Below the pieces are notes generated by a model. It was not told where the DNA came from. It made no database searches and saw only the letters and a program-made list of their open reading frames with translations. This document shows positions 11,445-22,795 of a stretch of 44,390 bases of DNA, piece after piece. The DNA is from Phoronis australis (taxonomy: Eukaryota > Animalia > Phoronida), in assembly GCA_002633005.1 (NCBI GenBank), contig NMRA01001167.1:1-44390 (forward strand), read 5' to 3'. Both the position numbers and the translations under genes were made by a program. The stretch's first letter is position 1; each line of letters starts with the position of its first letter.

Positions 11445-12932
11445 TCAGAAGACTGCGTCCTGCATACACAGGGTACTGGTGGGTATGAGTTCTTGATCTT
11501 GCTTAACAGCCTCAGTCACCTGGCCCCTATCACCATGTTTCTTAGCATGTGTCACCAAAGCCCTCTTTCTAATGAATTTGGCATTACAGACTTCGCACTT
11601 GTATGGCCTCTCCCCAGTGTGCAGCCGTTTGTGAATGGTGTTGAGATAAGAGGCCGAGGTGAACGTTTTGGAGCAGATGCGGCAATCGTGCTGGGGTCGA
11701 GTCTTGTCATGGGTCTTCCTGTGGTGGTTCAGGTCGGAGTTGTCAAAGAAACTCTGCCCACACACATCACATATTGCCTTGGAGATTCCCATGTGAACTT
11801 TCTGCTCGTGCCTCTTCAGTGAGAATTTATTGGAGAATGTTTTACCGCACTGATTACACTCCACGGCTGCAAACTCACCTTGCTTCATGTGAACACCCAA
11901 GATGTGTTTCTTAAGACTGCTCTTGTTCGCACACGCTAACCCACACAGAGCGCATCTTCCGTAAGGTTCTCTTTTCGGGAGTTTCTTCGCGTCATGAGAC
12001 TTGACGTGAAGCTTGCACTTGGTGCTATTGTAAAACGACATGCCACAAATGGGACAGAAGTGGTTTTGTATTTTAAGATGAACCCTTCGGACATGAGCCC
12101 GCAAGATAAACTTGTCACGTTTAACTTCATTACACACAGCGCACCTCACTGGCTTGGGTGGGTGCGCGCACTCATTACCTCCCCTTTTGGACGCAATTTT
12201 CTTAACTGCGATTTCCTCAACTGGAGAATTCGAATAACCACACTTTGCAGAATGTATGGAATATTTCTCTTCTTCCTCAAACTCCATGTAACAAAATTCA
12301 CACTTGTAGATACCCTTCTTCGCGGCATCCAAAATGGCTGCATACGTCGTCTTTGTCAACTGATGGCGCTTTCTGATGGCAACACTTTTTGCATGAACTG
12401 AATGCTCTGGTACTTCAAAACTAGTTCTTCCTGTGCGAGACTGACTAGCTGCACGTGAGACATGCGAGGTTATTTCAGGCAAACTTTTATTTGCAGAGCA
12501 ACTATTGACGGATGGCTTAACAAGTTTAATAACTGTAGCTTTACCATGATGCTTTAATGACTGACTTTGAAATGTATGTTCTCCACTGCCACCATCTTGA
12601 TTGACACTTGCCCTGATCACCCTTACCACCTTAATGGGGGTCTCATTTGTTTCGTGTACTGTGCTCTCAATCACATTTACATTTGTGCCAACCCTCCTTT
12701 CCATTCTAACTACAATGACTTTATGGGAAGAGCTGTTCACCGCATGAACATTAGAAGTGGGTTCAAAAGTAGATGGCGTCCTCTTTTGGGTACTGCTAAC
12801 AGCGGTGAAACTTGGTTTCAAAGTCAGGACATTCGCAATAGCTTCGGCATTGCCTTGGTTGATTGCGTAAGTGTTCGCACGTTGTGGTTGCAGACCACAG
12901 TGTAGCCCAAATGGTTCATCTGTGGAATCCAT
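11445..12932 (-). CDS. C2H2 zinc-finger protein, 495 aa (7 C2H2 fingers + 1 C2HC-like finger), single coding exon
   Basis: Repeated CxxC-x12-H-x3/4-H motifs and an HTGERPYKC linker. Acceptor ttgtttcAG at 12954-12953 with an in-frame TAA before the ATG. Minus-strand AATAAA at 10523-10518. Confidence 0.93.
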   Translation of the reverse strand: MDSTDEPFGLHCGLQPQRANTYAINQGNAEAIANVLTLKPSFTAVSSTQKRTPSTFEPTSNVHAVNSSSHKVIVVRMERRVGTNVNVIESTVHETNETPIKVVRVIRASVNQDGGSGEHTFQSQSLKHHGKATVIKLVKPSVNSCSANKSLPEITSHVSRAASQSRTGRTSFEVPEHSVHAKSVAIRKRHQLTKTTYAAILDAAKKGIYKCEFCYMEFEEEEKYSIHSAKCGYSNSPVEEIAVKKIASKRGGNECAHPPKPVRCAVCNEVKRDKFILRAHVRRVHLKIQNHFCPICGMSFYNSTKCKLHVKSHDAKKLPKREPYGRCALCGLACANKSSLKKHILGVHMKQGEFAAVECNQCGKTFSNKFSLKRHEQKVHMGISKAICDVCGQSFFDNSDLNHHRKTHDKTRPQHDCRICSKTFTSASYLNTIHKRLHTGERPYKCEVCNAKFIRKRALVTHAKKHGDRGQVTEAVKQDQELIPTSTLCMQDAVF

Positions 12933-14187
12933 GAGATGGATACTTTATAGCTCTGAAACAACAAATAAGTTCCTAAGAAGCATGAAAAGTTAGTGCCAAA
13001 TGTTTTGAGGCAACAGCCAAACGTCAGATTGAGTGAGTTTCAAAAATATATAATGAGAACTTATAATAAAAGATAGAAATTTTAACAACTGTTTGGGATC
13101 TCTCGTAATCAGTGGTAGAAAAGCATGCACGAGCAGTGTAGAAAACATCCTGAGCGTAGTTGCACTTTTTATCAAGATTATACAGGCTTCTGTGAGCGAT
13201 ATCTATACAGCAAAGGTTGCAAATATGATGTCGGATTTTCGCATAACAGGACGAAGTTCTGTGGTATACATAAGCCCACTTTTACCTTACTTGGTATGGT
13301 GGTTACTGAAGACGATTCCTAGGATTTTATGTGGAACAACAGATTAAAGTAGTTTGTGGTACCAATAAGTTGTTTTCGAAAGACATATGGAAAATTGTCG
13401 TTTTGTTGATAATTCAGGTAAATTTTGTCAGGACAAAGGTTGCAGAGCACCGTAGTTAGTTTTTTAAACCAGAGCAATTCTCCGAGTTTTGGAACATGGT
13501 AATTTTTGACTAAGGTGCAGCTAGTTCAAATTTGAATTTGAGGTATGAGGCAGATGGTGCAGGTGGTCTGATACAAATTGCATCAGACGTGTGCTGGCCG
13601 CTCGGCCAAGCCCATTGCACCATTCAAGGGCCTAGGGGTGGGGTCTAGTGGGATTTGAACCTACGACCTTGTGAACAAAAAATGCAAATTTCAAAGAAAT
13701 GTCTCCATGGCTGCGATGCAACTCCTAAAATGATTTTTGGTCGTGCCCATTGGGTGGAGGGGGGGGCTTCAAAACAAACTCACTGTTCGTTATTGCTGGA
13801 AACCAGGCAATACAATTTGGCTTGTTGTAACATGTCACTTTATGTTATCAGCATGTCAAGGAATAATAGACTGTCAGTGCTTAATTTGCACATAAATCAA
13901 TTCTTACTCTCAGAATAAATGTTGATTAAGTAATTAGTAAGAATAGATCCATTTTAAGTTGCCCAAAATTTGTGCATAAATTATGTACTTTTAAATCATT
14001 GGGTCAAACTTGTTGACATGTATTTTAATGTCAAAATCTATTTTTATATGGTGTTTACTACTTTGGTTCTGGGGTCAAAGCACTCTAGAGATTCTAGAAA
14101 TTTCTGAGAGCAAATTTAACAGCCAATGATATGATGAAGATCATGTGGTTTTATTAACCAATCGCTTAAATAAGTAGAATATTATAA

Positions 14188-14427
14188 TGTTGTAATCGTC
14201 AAAATCATTCGTCCTTGATCTTCCTGTGGGGTCTTGTGATTTGTCAGTTTTATGGTTCCCCGGATGTTTCTTTTATTTATGGTGGGAGGCTGCTGGCAGT
14301 CTTTCAGCTGGCAATCAGGCTGTCAGTGACGGGCACCAGGATTGGGTTTTACTGAAGCTTGAGTAGCTGTGTTTTAACTGGTGAGTACTTCTAGAGGCCT
14401 AGCTAGTGAACCTGCAGTAATACAACA
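14188..14427 (+). repeat. 5' LTR (240 bp)
   Basis: TG...CA ends with a 7-bp terminal inverted repeat. Aligns with 15673-15931 with substitutions and indels. Confidence 0.88.
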
Positions 14428-14429
14428 AC

Positions 14430-14443
14430 TGGCGTAGTCGGCA
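14430..14443 (+). other. Primer-binding site complementary to the tRNA-Ser 3' end
   Basis: TGGCGTAGTCGGCA, 2 nt after the LTR, is the reverse complement of TGCCGACTACG-CCA, the 3' end of metazoan tRNA-Ser(AGA) as recalled. Confidence 0.85.
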
Positions 14444-15658
14444 CTGGTTAGGTTTTTCTAGGAGTATTCAACCACTTTTCTTGAAAACGTTTGCCTGACC
14501 AGGGCATTTTCCGTAGGTCCGGGGGGGGGGGAAGGTTGGATAGGGGAGTGGTATCGTGCTAGCAGGTTGCTGGTACGGTGGCCAAGTGGTTTCTTGGTCT
14601 TTTGGGGTTGGTGGTTTAACTGGGTTTTTATCCTTTGGGTATTTATTTATTTATTTATTTATATACAGCTTTGCGCCGATGTGGGTAAAAAAGTGGTAAG
14701 GTAAAATCTCTGACGCAAAATTAATGTAATTAAAAACTAACAGTCTTCCTTGAGTAAACAAAATTATTAATGGTGTTAGAAACAATGGCATTCTGCCGTT
14801 ATTCTGCTGCTAAAGTTGTGGAATCTTCTGCGCCAGCTTTCGGCGCCATGAAATATTGCGTCACCTATTGGCCAGTTCCTTTTTTCACCGATTTTTCAGT
14901 CAACTGTTGTTCTTTCACGAGGTTGCGTACACGTCGCAACAAATTATTGGAACTGGTTTCACTTCATGATAAGTTTTTAAAATTTCGATACCGAAAAACC
15001 GAATTTCAGAACAAATTTTGCTGCAGCGAAGTTGTCGCAAAAATTTAGGAAATGGCGCGTGCGCGTAACACAAGCGTACTGTTTTCAAAACGACAACATA
15101 CTTTTCATTGTTACAAAAGGTCGAGAATGACGCAAGAAAATGACGTTTGTTGCACTGTTTTTCATTTACACCATTGTAACGGGCAAGGTGAGTGTCAGTT
15201 GACTCCCAGATTTTGCATGCACCCGTCCGGTCTTTAGCTTTATATGATGAAACAAATTTCACGGCAAGATGACGTGCAGAACTACCTTGGCTGTGTTTAA
15301 TTTCAGGGTCTATCATGGAAGAAAAACACAGTGGTACCTAGCTGTATTTTGACGATAGTCCTCATACAGCTAGCTAGCTGGGTAGTTAGGATCCTGCTAG
15401 GTTTTCTTTTTATAATTTACTTCATGTGTTTGGGATGTGCTGACATTCCGATCTCTTTTTTTTCGTGCTTCTATATTTAACCTATGTGCGTAATTCTCTG
15501 CTTCCAAGGGAACTGTCCTGATCATTCTAGCACTCTTGGTCTACTTCGCAGTGGCTTCATTTTCGGTAAGGGGGGATATGGTTAAATTTTTGGGATGTTT
15601 TTCGTTTTTTCGTATTTGGCGAATTATGTTGATTTCCAGTTGGGCCCCATATTTTTTT

Positions 15659-15672
15659 AGGGAGGAGGGGAA
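15659..15672 (+). other. Polypurine tract
   Basis: AGGGAGGAGGGGAA, preceded by a T-run and abutting the 3' LTR. Confidence 0.85.
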
Positions 15673-15931
15673 TGTTGTAATCATCATCATTCGTCCTTCT
15701 GTGGTGTCTGTTGTGATTTGTCAGTTTTATGGTTCCGCGGATTTTTCTTTTATTAATACTGCTGGCAGTCTTTCAGCACGCAATCAGGCTGCCAGGGACA
15801 GGCACCTGGATTGGGTTTTACTGAAGCTTGAGAGTTGAGTAGCTGTGTTTTAACTGGTAAGTACTTCTAGAGGCGAGTACTTCTAGACTCTAGAGGCCCA
15901 CCCCAGCTACTGAACCTGCAGTAATACAACA
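15673..15931 (+). repeat. 3' LTR (259 bp)
   Basis: TGTTGTA...TACAACA, with a small internal duplication of agtacttctaga relative to the 5' LTR. Confidence 0.88.
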
Positions 15932-16218
15932 ATATGGGCTGAAATCAAGAAGATATTCAGTTGAGCTATAGTAGTTGAAGCATAAAGACTTGCTGCAGTG
16001 TACAGAGGAAATTGTACAACAGAGCCATCCGTTATTGTCACTTTTAGTTTTACCCAGATTACGCCACGTCAGTGGCTGTCAATATGGAACACTCGGAAAT
16101 AATCAATATCATTACCAGCTAACCACTTGAAAATGACACAGCAGACTGATTGATGAATAGTTTTTACTCTTAGTAAGGTAAAAATTTCATAATATGCTCT
16201 GGGAACTATGCACCTCAC

Positions 16219-16400
16219 CTCACTCATAACTGACAACTGTAAGTCCTTGTGTGTTGGGCTGCGACAGACGACATTCCCGCCATACAAGTTTTTTACTTCC
16301 TTATTCACCGGAAGCAACCGAAGTCTACACAGAGACCTCTGGTGGATATTGTGGAATGGATAGCCGAACCAGAATTTGATAACTCCGCGCCAAAAATGTC
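16219..16400 (-). promoter_or_regulatory. Putative promoter and non-coding first exon of the zinc-finger gene
   Basis: Minus-strand donor AG|GTGAG at 16219/16218, plus YY1/E2F-like ATGCGGGAA, ETS CCGGAAG and E2F TTTTGGCGCGG motifs. The link to the ZNF acceptor is inferred. Confidence 0.4.
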
Positions 16401-16649
16401 ATTTTCGTAATTTGTTACAAGCGGTCTACTTTATCCACCTCAGCCCAAAAACGCCTATGTAGTTAAGTTTGTCTCCTCAAAGTTTAGTAAGTAAAAAGTA
16501 TATAAGTTAACAGCAAAACAGTAGTGATCGATATCATGAAATGAGAAATCTAGTGTACAAAAGAGGTCACGGGTAGAAGGGCTATGTACAGAAAGTATAA
16601 GTAACTTATCAAGCATCAAAAGACAGTGTATGGCAGCGTATGCATTCTT

Positions 16650-17165
16650 GGCATTGGTCAACACCTTACGATAAACGGCAGACTTGCCATTTTTCACTCC
16701 TCCATCCTTTCAAATTTCAACTACTGCCCCATCTCGATGGCAATTTTTGATCGAAAGAAAATACACTCAAACTAGAAAAACTTCAACTCAGAGCCCTCCG
16801 TTTTGTTTACAACGACGACGTTAGCCCGCACGAACAACTACTCTTTCTAGCTAACAAACATTTTTCTACACATACTTCGACTTATTGCAGTACTAGAAGT
16901 ATTAAGTAAAATCCTTTATCATGGCGAGCCACCCAAGACACTTCTTTCACTTTTAAAGAAGCAAGAAAACAATTACTCCTTTCGCTACAGCAAGCCTTTT
17001 AGATATTCCTCAAATTAAATCTGTCAACGGGTAAAAAATCTTTTCGCTTCGAGACTGCTCGGCTCTGGAACAGTCTCAGTACAGATGTGTTGCGCACAGA
17101 CAGTCTCGCTATTTCATTGGACTGATTCAGACCTGAACCGGTCCCGAATGCAGCTGTTTTCTTTG
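16650..17165 (+). mobile_element. 5'-truncated CR1/L2-group LINE ORF2 C-terminal remnant
   Basis: Frameshifted translation IGQHLTINGRLAIFHSSILSNFNYCP...KLEKLQLRALRFVYND...KSFRFETARLWNSL, typical of the post-RT region of CR1/L2/Crack elements. Confidence 0.8.
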
Positions 17166-17556
17166 TAAACACTCCAGGTTATGCTGTAATATTAGTGTAT
17201 ACCATCGTCTCTATGATTTATCTAGATTATAGCATTTACATGTGCACCTATTATCATAAATTTATGCTCATTAGACCCTAGTCTATACTTTAGCGATTAC
17301 GACAACTTATCTTTTACTTGCAATTATATCTCTGTGTTACTCTCCACCTTTAGCTTAAGTTCCATTTTCTTCGTGTTTCTGTTAAATTTAATGTCGCAGG
17401 AATAGCCCAACTCATGGCTAATGTTAATCTGTTCTTCGATTAAGTAAAGATTCTTGATTCTTGACAAGCTTGGCGTACATGGCGACTCAGTTAACACATG
17501 ATACTGAGATCTTGGCAAAAGCTTGTACATTCAGGTAGCTTGTTCCGTAAACATAA

Positions 17557-17761
17557 AGATTGGTTGTACTGCGTTCGGCCTCACCCGCTATCCGTGACGT
17601 CAGAATGCGCGTGAGCCCTGGGAACCACTGAAGGTAGCGGTGCGCACGGGTATGCGTCATTTGAGCATCATTGTTAGTGAGCGATCATGTGGCTAGAACT
17701 CAGGGCTCTACCTGACGTCACTGATGTCGTGTGAGGCCCTTCAGCGCACTACAACCAATCT
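17557..17761. mobile_element. Palindromic MITE-like element with ~60-bp imperfect inverted arms
   Basis: agattggttgtactgcg..ggcctcac..gtgacgtcag..gagccctg is mirrored by cagggctc..ctgacgtcac..gtgaggcc..cgcactacaaccaatct. Confidence 0.75.
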
Positions 17762-20074
17762 AGAGGGTCTATAGAGGAGACAACGATGTTTAACATCCAC
17801 TATCTATTATCTTACTTTAGTGCTCTGAAAATTTTAACTGAGTTCAGCCCTTACGAGAGCTAGCCTGGACGTTTTTGAAATTAAAAAGTCTGAACTTAGA
17901 TAAATATTCTACTGAACAATCATACGATTTCGCCCCAATTTTGCTGGCAATGTGAACAATCTTGCTCAATGAAATGTACACGCGCAGATATCTGGTTTAT
18001 ATCATGGAAAGTGAGATGTTTTGTATTTACTTTTTGTAGGTCAGTGATTAGTGGAAACTAAGAATGTAAGGCCGAGAATCGAGAAATTTTCATTTTGTTA
18101 AAGAAGCGTTGTTTACCAGCAAAAACGAATCCGAATTAGTAGGCGATTATTTTTGTGCTCTGGGAGCTAGTGCCCGCCACAACGAGGTATATAGAATTTT
18201 CATTAAAATTTGTGGCGTTTTACCCTGAAGCGTCGATCGTGGTACACACTTGTCAAAGAATTTGTCATTTATTGTAAGATTTTTATTGTGGACCTTCATT
18301 AAAAATTCACCAAAATGCGTTTTACTAAATCATAGAGAATTATCTGAAAATGTACCTCCGGAATACGAACGTATTCGAGAAGCATACGTGTTCAAAATAG
18401 TCGTCAAGAATGGACACCAAACATTTTCAAACTGCATATCTATTCTGCACAATGTATTCGTTACTTACATCATTCAGAATGCCTTGTGACTGAATTTTCC
18501 ATTAGAGTGCATGACGGCTTTTAGAGAGATACCCGAGGGAGGACGTATTCGGCGCTGCCAAATGTACACCTAGAGGTACAATATTTTTTGTATTTGTTTA
18601 AAATACTGTCTGCCAAATATACATCCCGGATTTTTTATACGGAAATCCCGTCAATACTGTTTTTCTCAGATCTCACTTGAGTACCGAGATTTGCTGTTAT
18701 GAGCACTGAACAAGGCTAGATGGCGTTGTAAAGCGCATGGGACATATTTTCCTGTCAGTCACTTCAGGAAAATATGCTTTACAGCGAAAGGGTTTTTATT
18801 TACAGTAGATATGCTGCCGATAAGGTGAAAAAAATTATTTTGTATATTTAACAAAAGTACAAAAACTTAATTCCTAGTTTTTATAAAAAATAAACTTCAT
18901 TAACACATTGAAAGAACATCCTCTCGTTCTTTAACGACACTAACAATGAATTTTCCACAGAAAATGCCATGCTATGCCAATAATCTTCAAATATTCTTGT
19001 ATTTCTTCATAGTCATGTATATAATTTGATTTGTTTTCATGTTATTATCGATACTTTGCACGATCATGTATGTGTTGGTTGTATTAATAAGTATGCAAAA
19101 ATTCATGCCCAGATGTAATAACCCCTTCTGGTAATTTTTGGGCATCACGTGTTTTAACAACGATTGTTTGGTGATGTCTCTAAAAATAAAATATAAAAAA
19201 TATTAAAAGGGATAAATTTCCGTTAAAAATTCTGCTTGACAACATTGAACAAGTTCACAGCAGTTACTTTGATACAGACTTTTTCCGGCAACTTTAAAAC
19301 CTTTTTTGACGCCTCGTGGGTGCTCATGTATGAATGACTGTGTGTCAGATTTTTTCTATTTTGTTGTGCTTTATTCTTAATGAAGAGTTGTTGTAATCCT
19401 ATTTATTGCACTGAATAGTTAACACATATTACACGGATGTATTAATTAATAAAATGTCTTTCTGCGGCATTTAAACTGCGTCAAGAGACTGCAAGCATAA
19501 TCGAACAGTTGCCCACACCGTAAGATTTCCATTCCGTTTTCCAACGCTTGTACAGATTATGACAAACTTTCCGTCCCCATTACAAGATGCCAGTGTTCAA
19601 CACAACTATGTATTGACTTCATGCTCAGGACCTTGAAGCCAGAGAGAACACTGTACTGGTTACGACATTTGTTAATAACTACTAAACAGTTATGAGTTTC
19701 AAAATTGTCTGGAGCGAAGGGCTCACTCATTCTTTGGTATGATAAACCTTGATGCCTACAGTACAAACAATAAGCAACGATAAAACATGTTTGATATATA
19801 TTCTCCACCGTCACTTATCTGGTTCGAATTGTAAGCTGGAAAGGACTTCACGCACCATGGCCATCTATACGGCCATTGTGATACGGTGCAAATGTTCTAC
19901 AGCCTGCAGAGATTTATTGTGGCGCTTAAGATAAGCCCAGCGCATGTTCCGAGTCTAGGCTCATTAGTAATTCACATATTGTGGGCCTGTTTTCAGAATC
20001 CCTGGTAGAAAATGCTAGGCAACATGGCAAATTGAGCAGTAAGCCTGCTGCTGACGTTTCGTGTTTCATAACCT

Positions 20075-22049
20075 TCATTTTGTAGCCATGGTAATATACA
20101 AATCGTCATTTTGTTGCATCGAATGTCTTTGACTCTTGGGTGATTGCGTCATGTCCATGTAAAATTCCTCTTCGACTTCTGCAATGTCGTTGAAAGGATT
20201 GACGGATTTTATTTTCACTGGGCTGTCGTAAGTGTCTAGCTTAGCATTAGTGTTTGACAATACATCAAAACTGAAAATAACTCCATTACCATCCGTACTA
20301 TTGCCTTCATTTACACGTGTCGCGGCAGATTGCATTAGCGAAGGGGATTCCACCTTCGTCGGACTTAAAATTGCTTGTGCCCACGTTATATCAAACGGAT
20401 CATCATTTTTGGGACTTTCAATCCGGGAAATCACTGCTGGATTAGTCAGCACGCCGTCAGTTGACTTGTTTTCATTGGGTGAAGTCTTGAAACCCGGGTT
20501 AAAACTATACAGCATGTCGAACGGGTCGTCATTCTTGGGACTTCCAATTAAACCATGGCTTTCCAAAGAAGTCCAGTTAGTGGTAGCACTTGTCGTCGTC
20601 TGGGAAGAGTTAAAGACGGGTATCACATTTTGATAAGCTGGGGGAGGACTAGAGTCAAAGGTCAACAAATCAGCAACTGGTGGCTCTTTCAACTGGGGGA
20701 AAATTCTTTCATCAGTTAACAAATCTGTCCTTTCCGTGATCTGCGGTGGCTTCTTTTTGTCACCCTGTATTACTGCGCTTCTGGTTTCTGGTTTGATGTC
20801 CGCGTACAAGCTATTCTTTACAACGTTGTTTTGAGACATATTAAAGGAGGACTGTTGTGCAACAGAAACTGGCTTTGTTTTGAAATCTCCAACAAAAGTT
20901 CTGGGTGAATCGTTCCAGTCCCCCATTTTCTGAATTAATGCATTAACCTCGTCTTCCGACCCAGACGAACTTGTCGAGAAAGACCTGCCACGTGAAGGAT
21001 CGGATGCCTTAAATGGTGTGAATAATGGTATGCTATTCCATTTTGACCTCGTTTTATTCGGACTTTCCGTTTTCTTTCTGTGAAGTTTGGAAGATAATGG
21101 CCTATCAGGTAATGAAGGGGGTTTCTCTTTTTGTGTCTCGTCGTAACCTAAATATTTCTCTAGATTTTTCTTGTTACCTTCCAGAAGATTGAAAGATCTG
21201 TCGACACCTAAGAGAGTGTTCAAGTCTTTATGTTTACGTATCTCATCAAGGTCTTCGTAAATCTCTTCACGGTCATTTTCATCACAGTTTTGCCCGTTTT
21301 GAAGTTCAATGTTTTCGTAACCGCTGTTTGATCGCTTTGGGTTTTCCATTTGTTCTGCTCTCTTACCGGAAACGCTCAAAGTATCAATGTCGTCTGCTCT
21401 TAAGTCACCCCATGCACTGTCAACAGAATCGTTTCGAAATTCTCGCACGTCTTCCGACTCTTCCGTGGTAAACTTAAAAATAGATATCCCAGAATCACGT
21501 GATTGGCGACTGGAGGTCGATTTTTGAGAGACAGAAGAACTATTTGAAGCTGATCTTCCTTTGTTGGTATTTTGCGAAAAGTCCATCGACGCTGGCAAGT
21601 GACTGTAGCCACTTTCGTCAACGATGCACTCCTCTGGGCAATCGAATCTCACGGTTAGTTGACTCGCAGAACGAGAATGAGATAAGTGACCCGCTTTTTT
21701 GAAATCTTCCTCTCCGGAAAAGGTGCTTCGTCGTCGACCCGTGACCGATGGCATTTTATGAAAATCCAGTTGGCTGTATTCCTCTGACGAATCCTCGTGC
21801 GCGTCGTCTTCCTTTAGCATTAGAAATATTTTGTTGTTGGCAGATGATATAGAGTCTGTCGATAAATTGTCAACGTGGTCACTCGTAGATTTCCAACTAT
21901 CGATTAGATCTACTGAATCATCTACCTCATGGTATTCAGTTTCTTTGGTCTTTTCCCTGAACGCGACGTCGACGTTTCTTTTAATGCTTGCTAAGAGTTC
22001 AACGGCTTCTTCACAGAAGAAAGTATAAAGTTCATCCGTTGCTGGAGAA
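20075..22049 (-). CDS. DOK/IRS-type adaptor, exon 4 (end of PTB + long disordered Tyr-motif tail)
   Basis: Acceptor ctttccAG at 22051-22050, open in frame through ORF 20075..21820. Motifs YSQL, YSHL, YENI, YEDL, YADI, YQNV, YDSP, YMDM, YITM and PPSLPDRP. Confidence 0.9.
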
Positions 22050-22317
22050 CTGGAAAGGAAGGGATATATAGTAAAATACAGTATATTTACGTTCCCATTA
22101 AAGAACTACGACACCTATGTTAAGGTAATGGCTGTGATGCCGAGAATATAGTTATGCACAATACCAACTAGAAAAATGCAAAAAAATTCCACCCAGCAGT
22201 GGAAGTGACACATGCAGTAAGCTTAGAACGGCCTCGTCTAGTAAAGCATAGACTAAATCAAACCAATTCAAATATATTTTCAGTCCGCGATAAAAAGCAT
22301 GCGTTGGAAAGCCTTAC

Positions 22318-22540
22318 ACGCCGGCGACAAACGAGATGGTTTTGTTGGTGTCGCATTGTTTTGTGGTCGGTGGAGTTATAAAGAATCGCTTCAAGGTCGA
22401 TATTTTCCAGGACTGCACACGAGAGCCATCTTGTACAGAGAGTAGGCCGACCTGGTTCGGCGATACCGTTGCAACGTATCTTCCGTTGATTGTATGGATT
22501 TCTGAATCTTTGTTGTCAATGACAGAGACAATGAATGCAT
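22318..22540 (-). CDS. DOK/IRS-type adaptor, exon 3 (IRS-type PTB domain core)
   Basis: Acceptor ttttcAG, donor GTAAGG, 223 nt, phase 1 to 2, matching both neighbours. Translation DAFIVSVIDN...GRYVATVSPNQVGLL...VQSWKISTLKRF...ISFVAG resembles IRS-PTB. Confidence 0.85.
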
Positions 22541-22576
22541 CTGAAAATCAAAAATTTTTGCTAATAAAATATCAGG

Positions 22577-22795
22577 TACTGCTACTACTACAACTACAAC
22601 AACAACTAATTTTGCTGCTGTCACTGCCACTACCACTATAAGTACTAATTATGATGATAATAATAAAAATAAAATAATAATAATACCAACAACAACAACA
22701 ATTGACGTTGGGGATGATGATGACGATGATGATGACGACGGCGGTGATGACGATGACGACGGCGATGACGATGATGATGGTGATGGTGATAACAG
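22577..22795. repeat. Compound trinucleotide microsatellite (CTA/CAA/AAT/GAT/GAC)n
   Basis: Directly visible, intronic. Confidence 0.9.

Larger units (their letters stand above)
14188..15931 (+). mobile_element. Non-autonomous miniature LTR retroelement (TRIM/LARD-like), 1744 bp
   Basis: Direct repeats 14188-14427 and 15673-15931, each TGTTGTA...TACAACA. PBS at 14430-14443, PPT at 15659-15672. No gag/pol ORF inside. Confidence 0.88.

Noticed and set aside
11493-12905. Plus-strand ORFs overlapping the ZNF gene
   Set aside because: Antisense shadows of the real CDS with no motifs. The same applies to 20232-20633 and 21831-22028 over the DOK-like exon.
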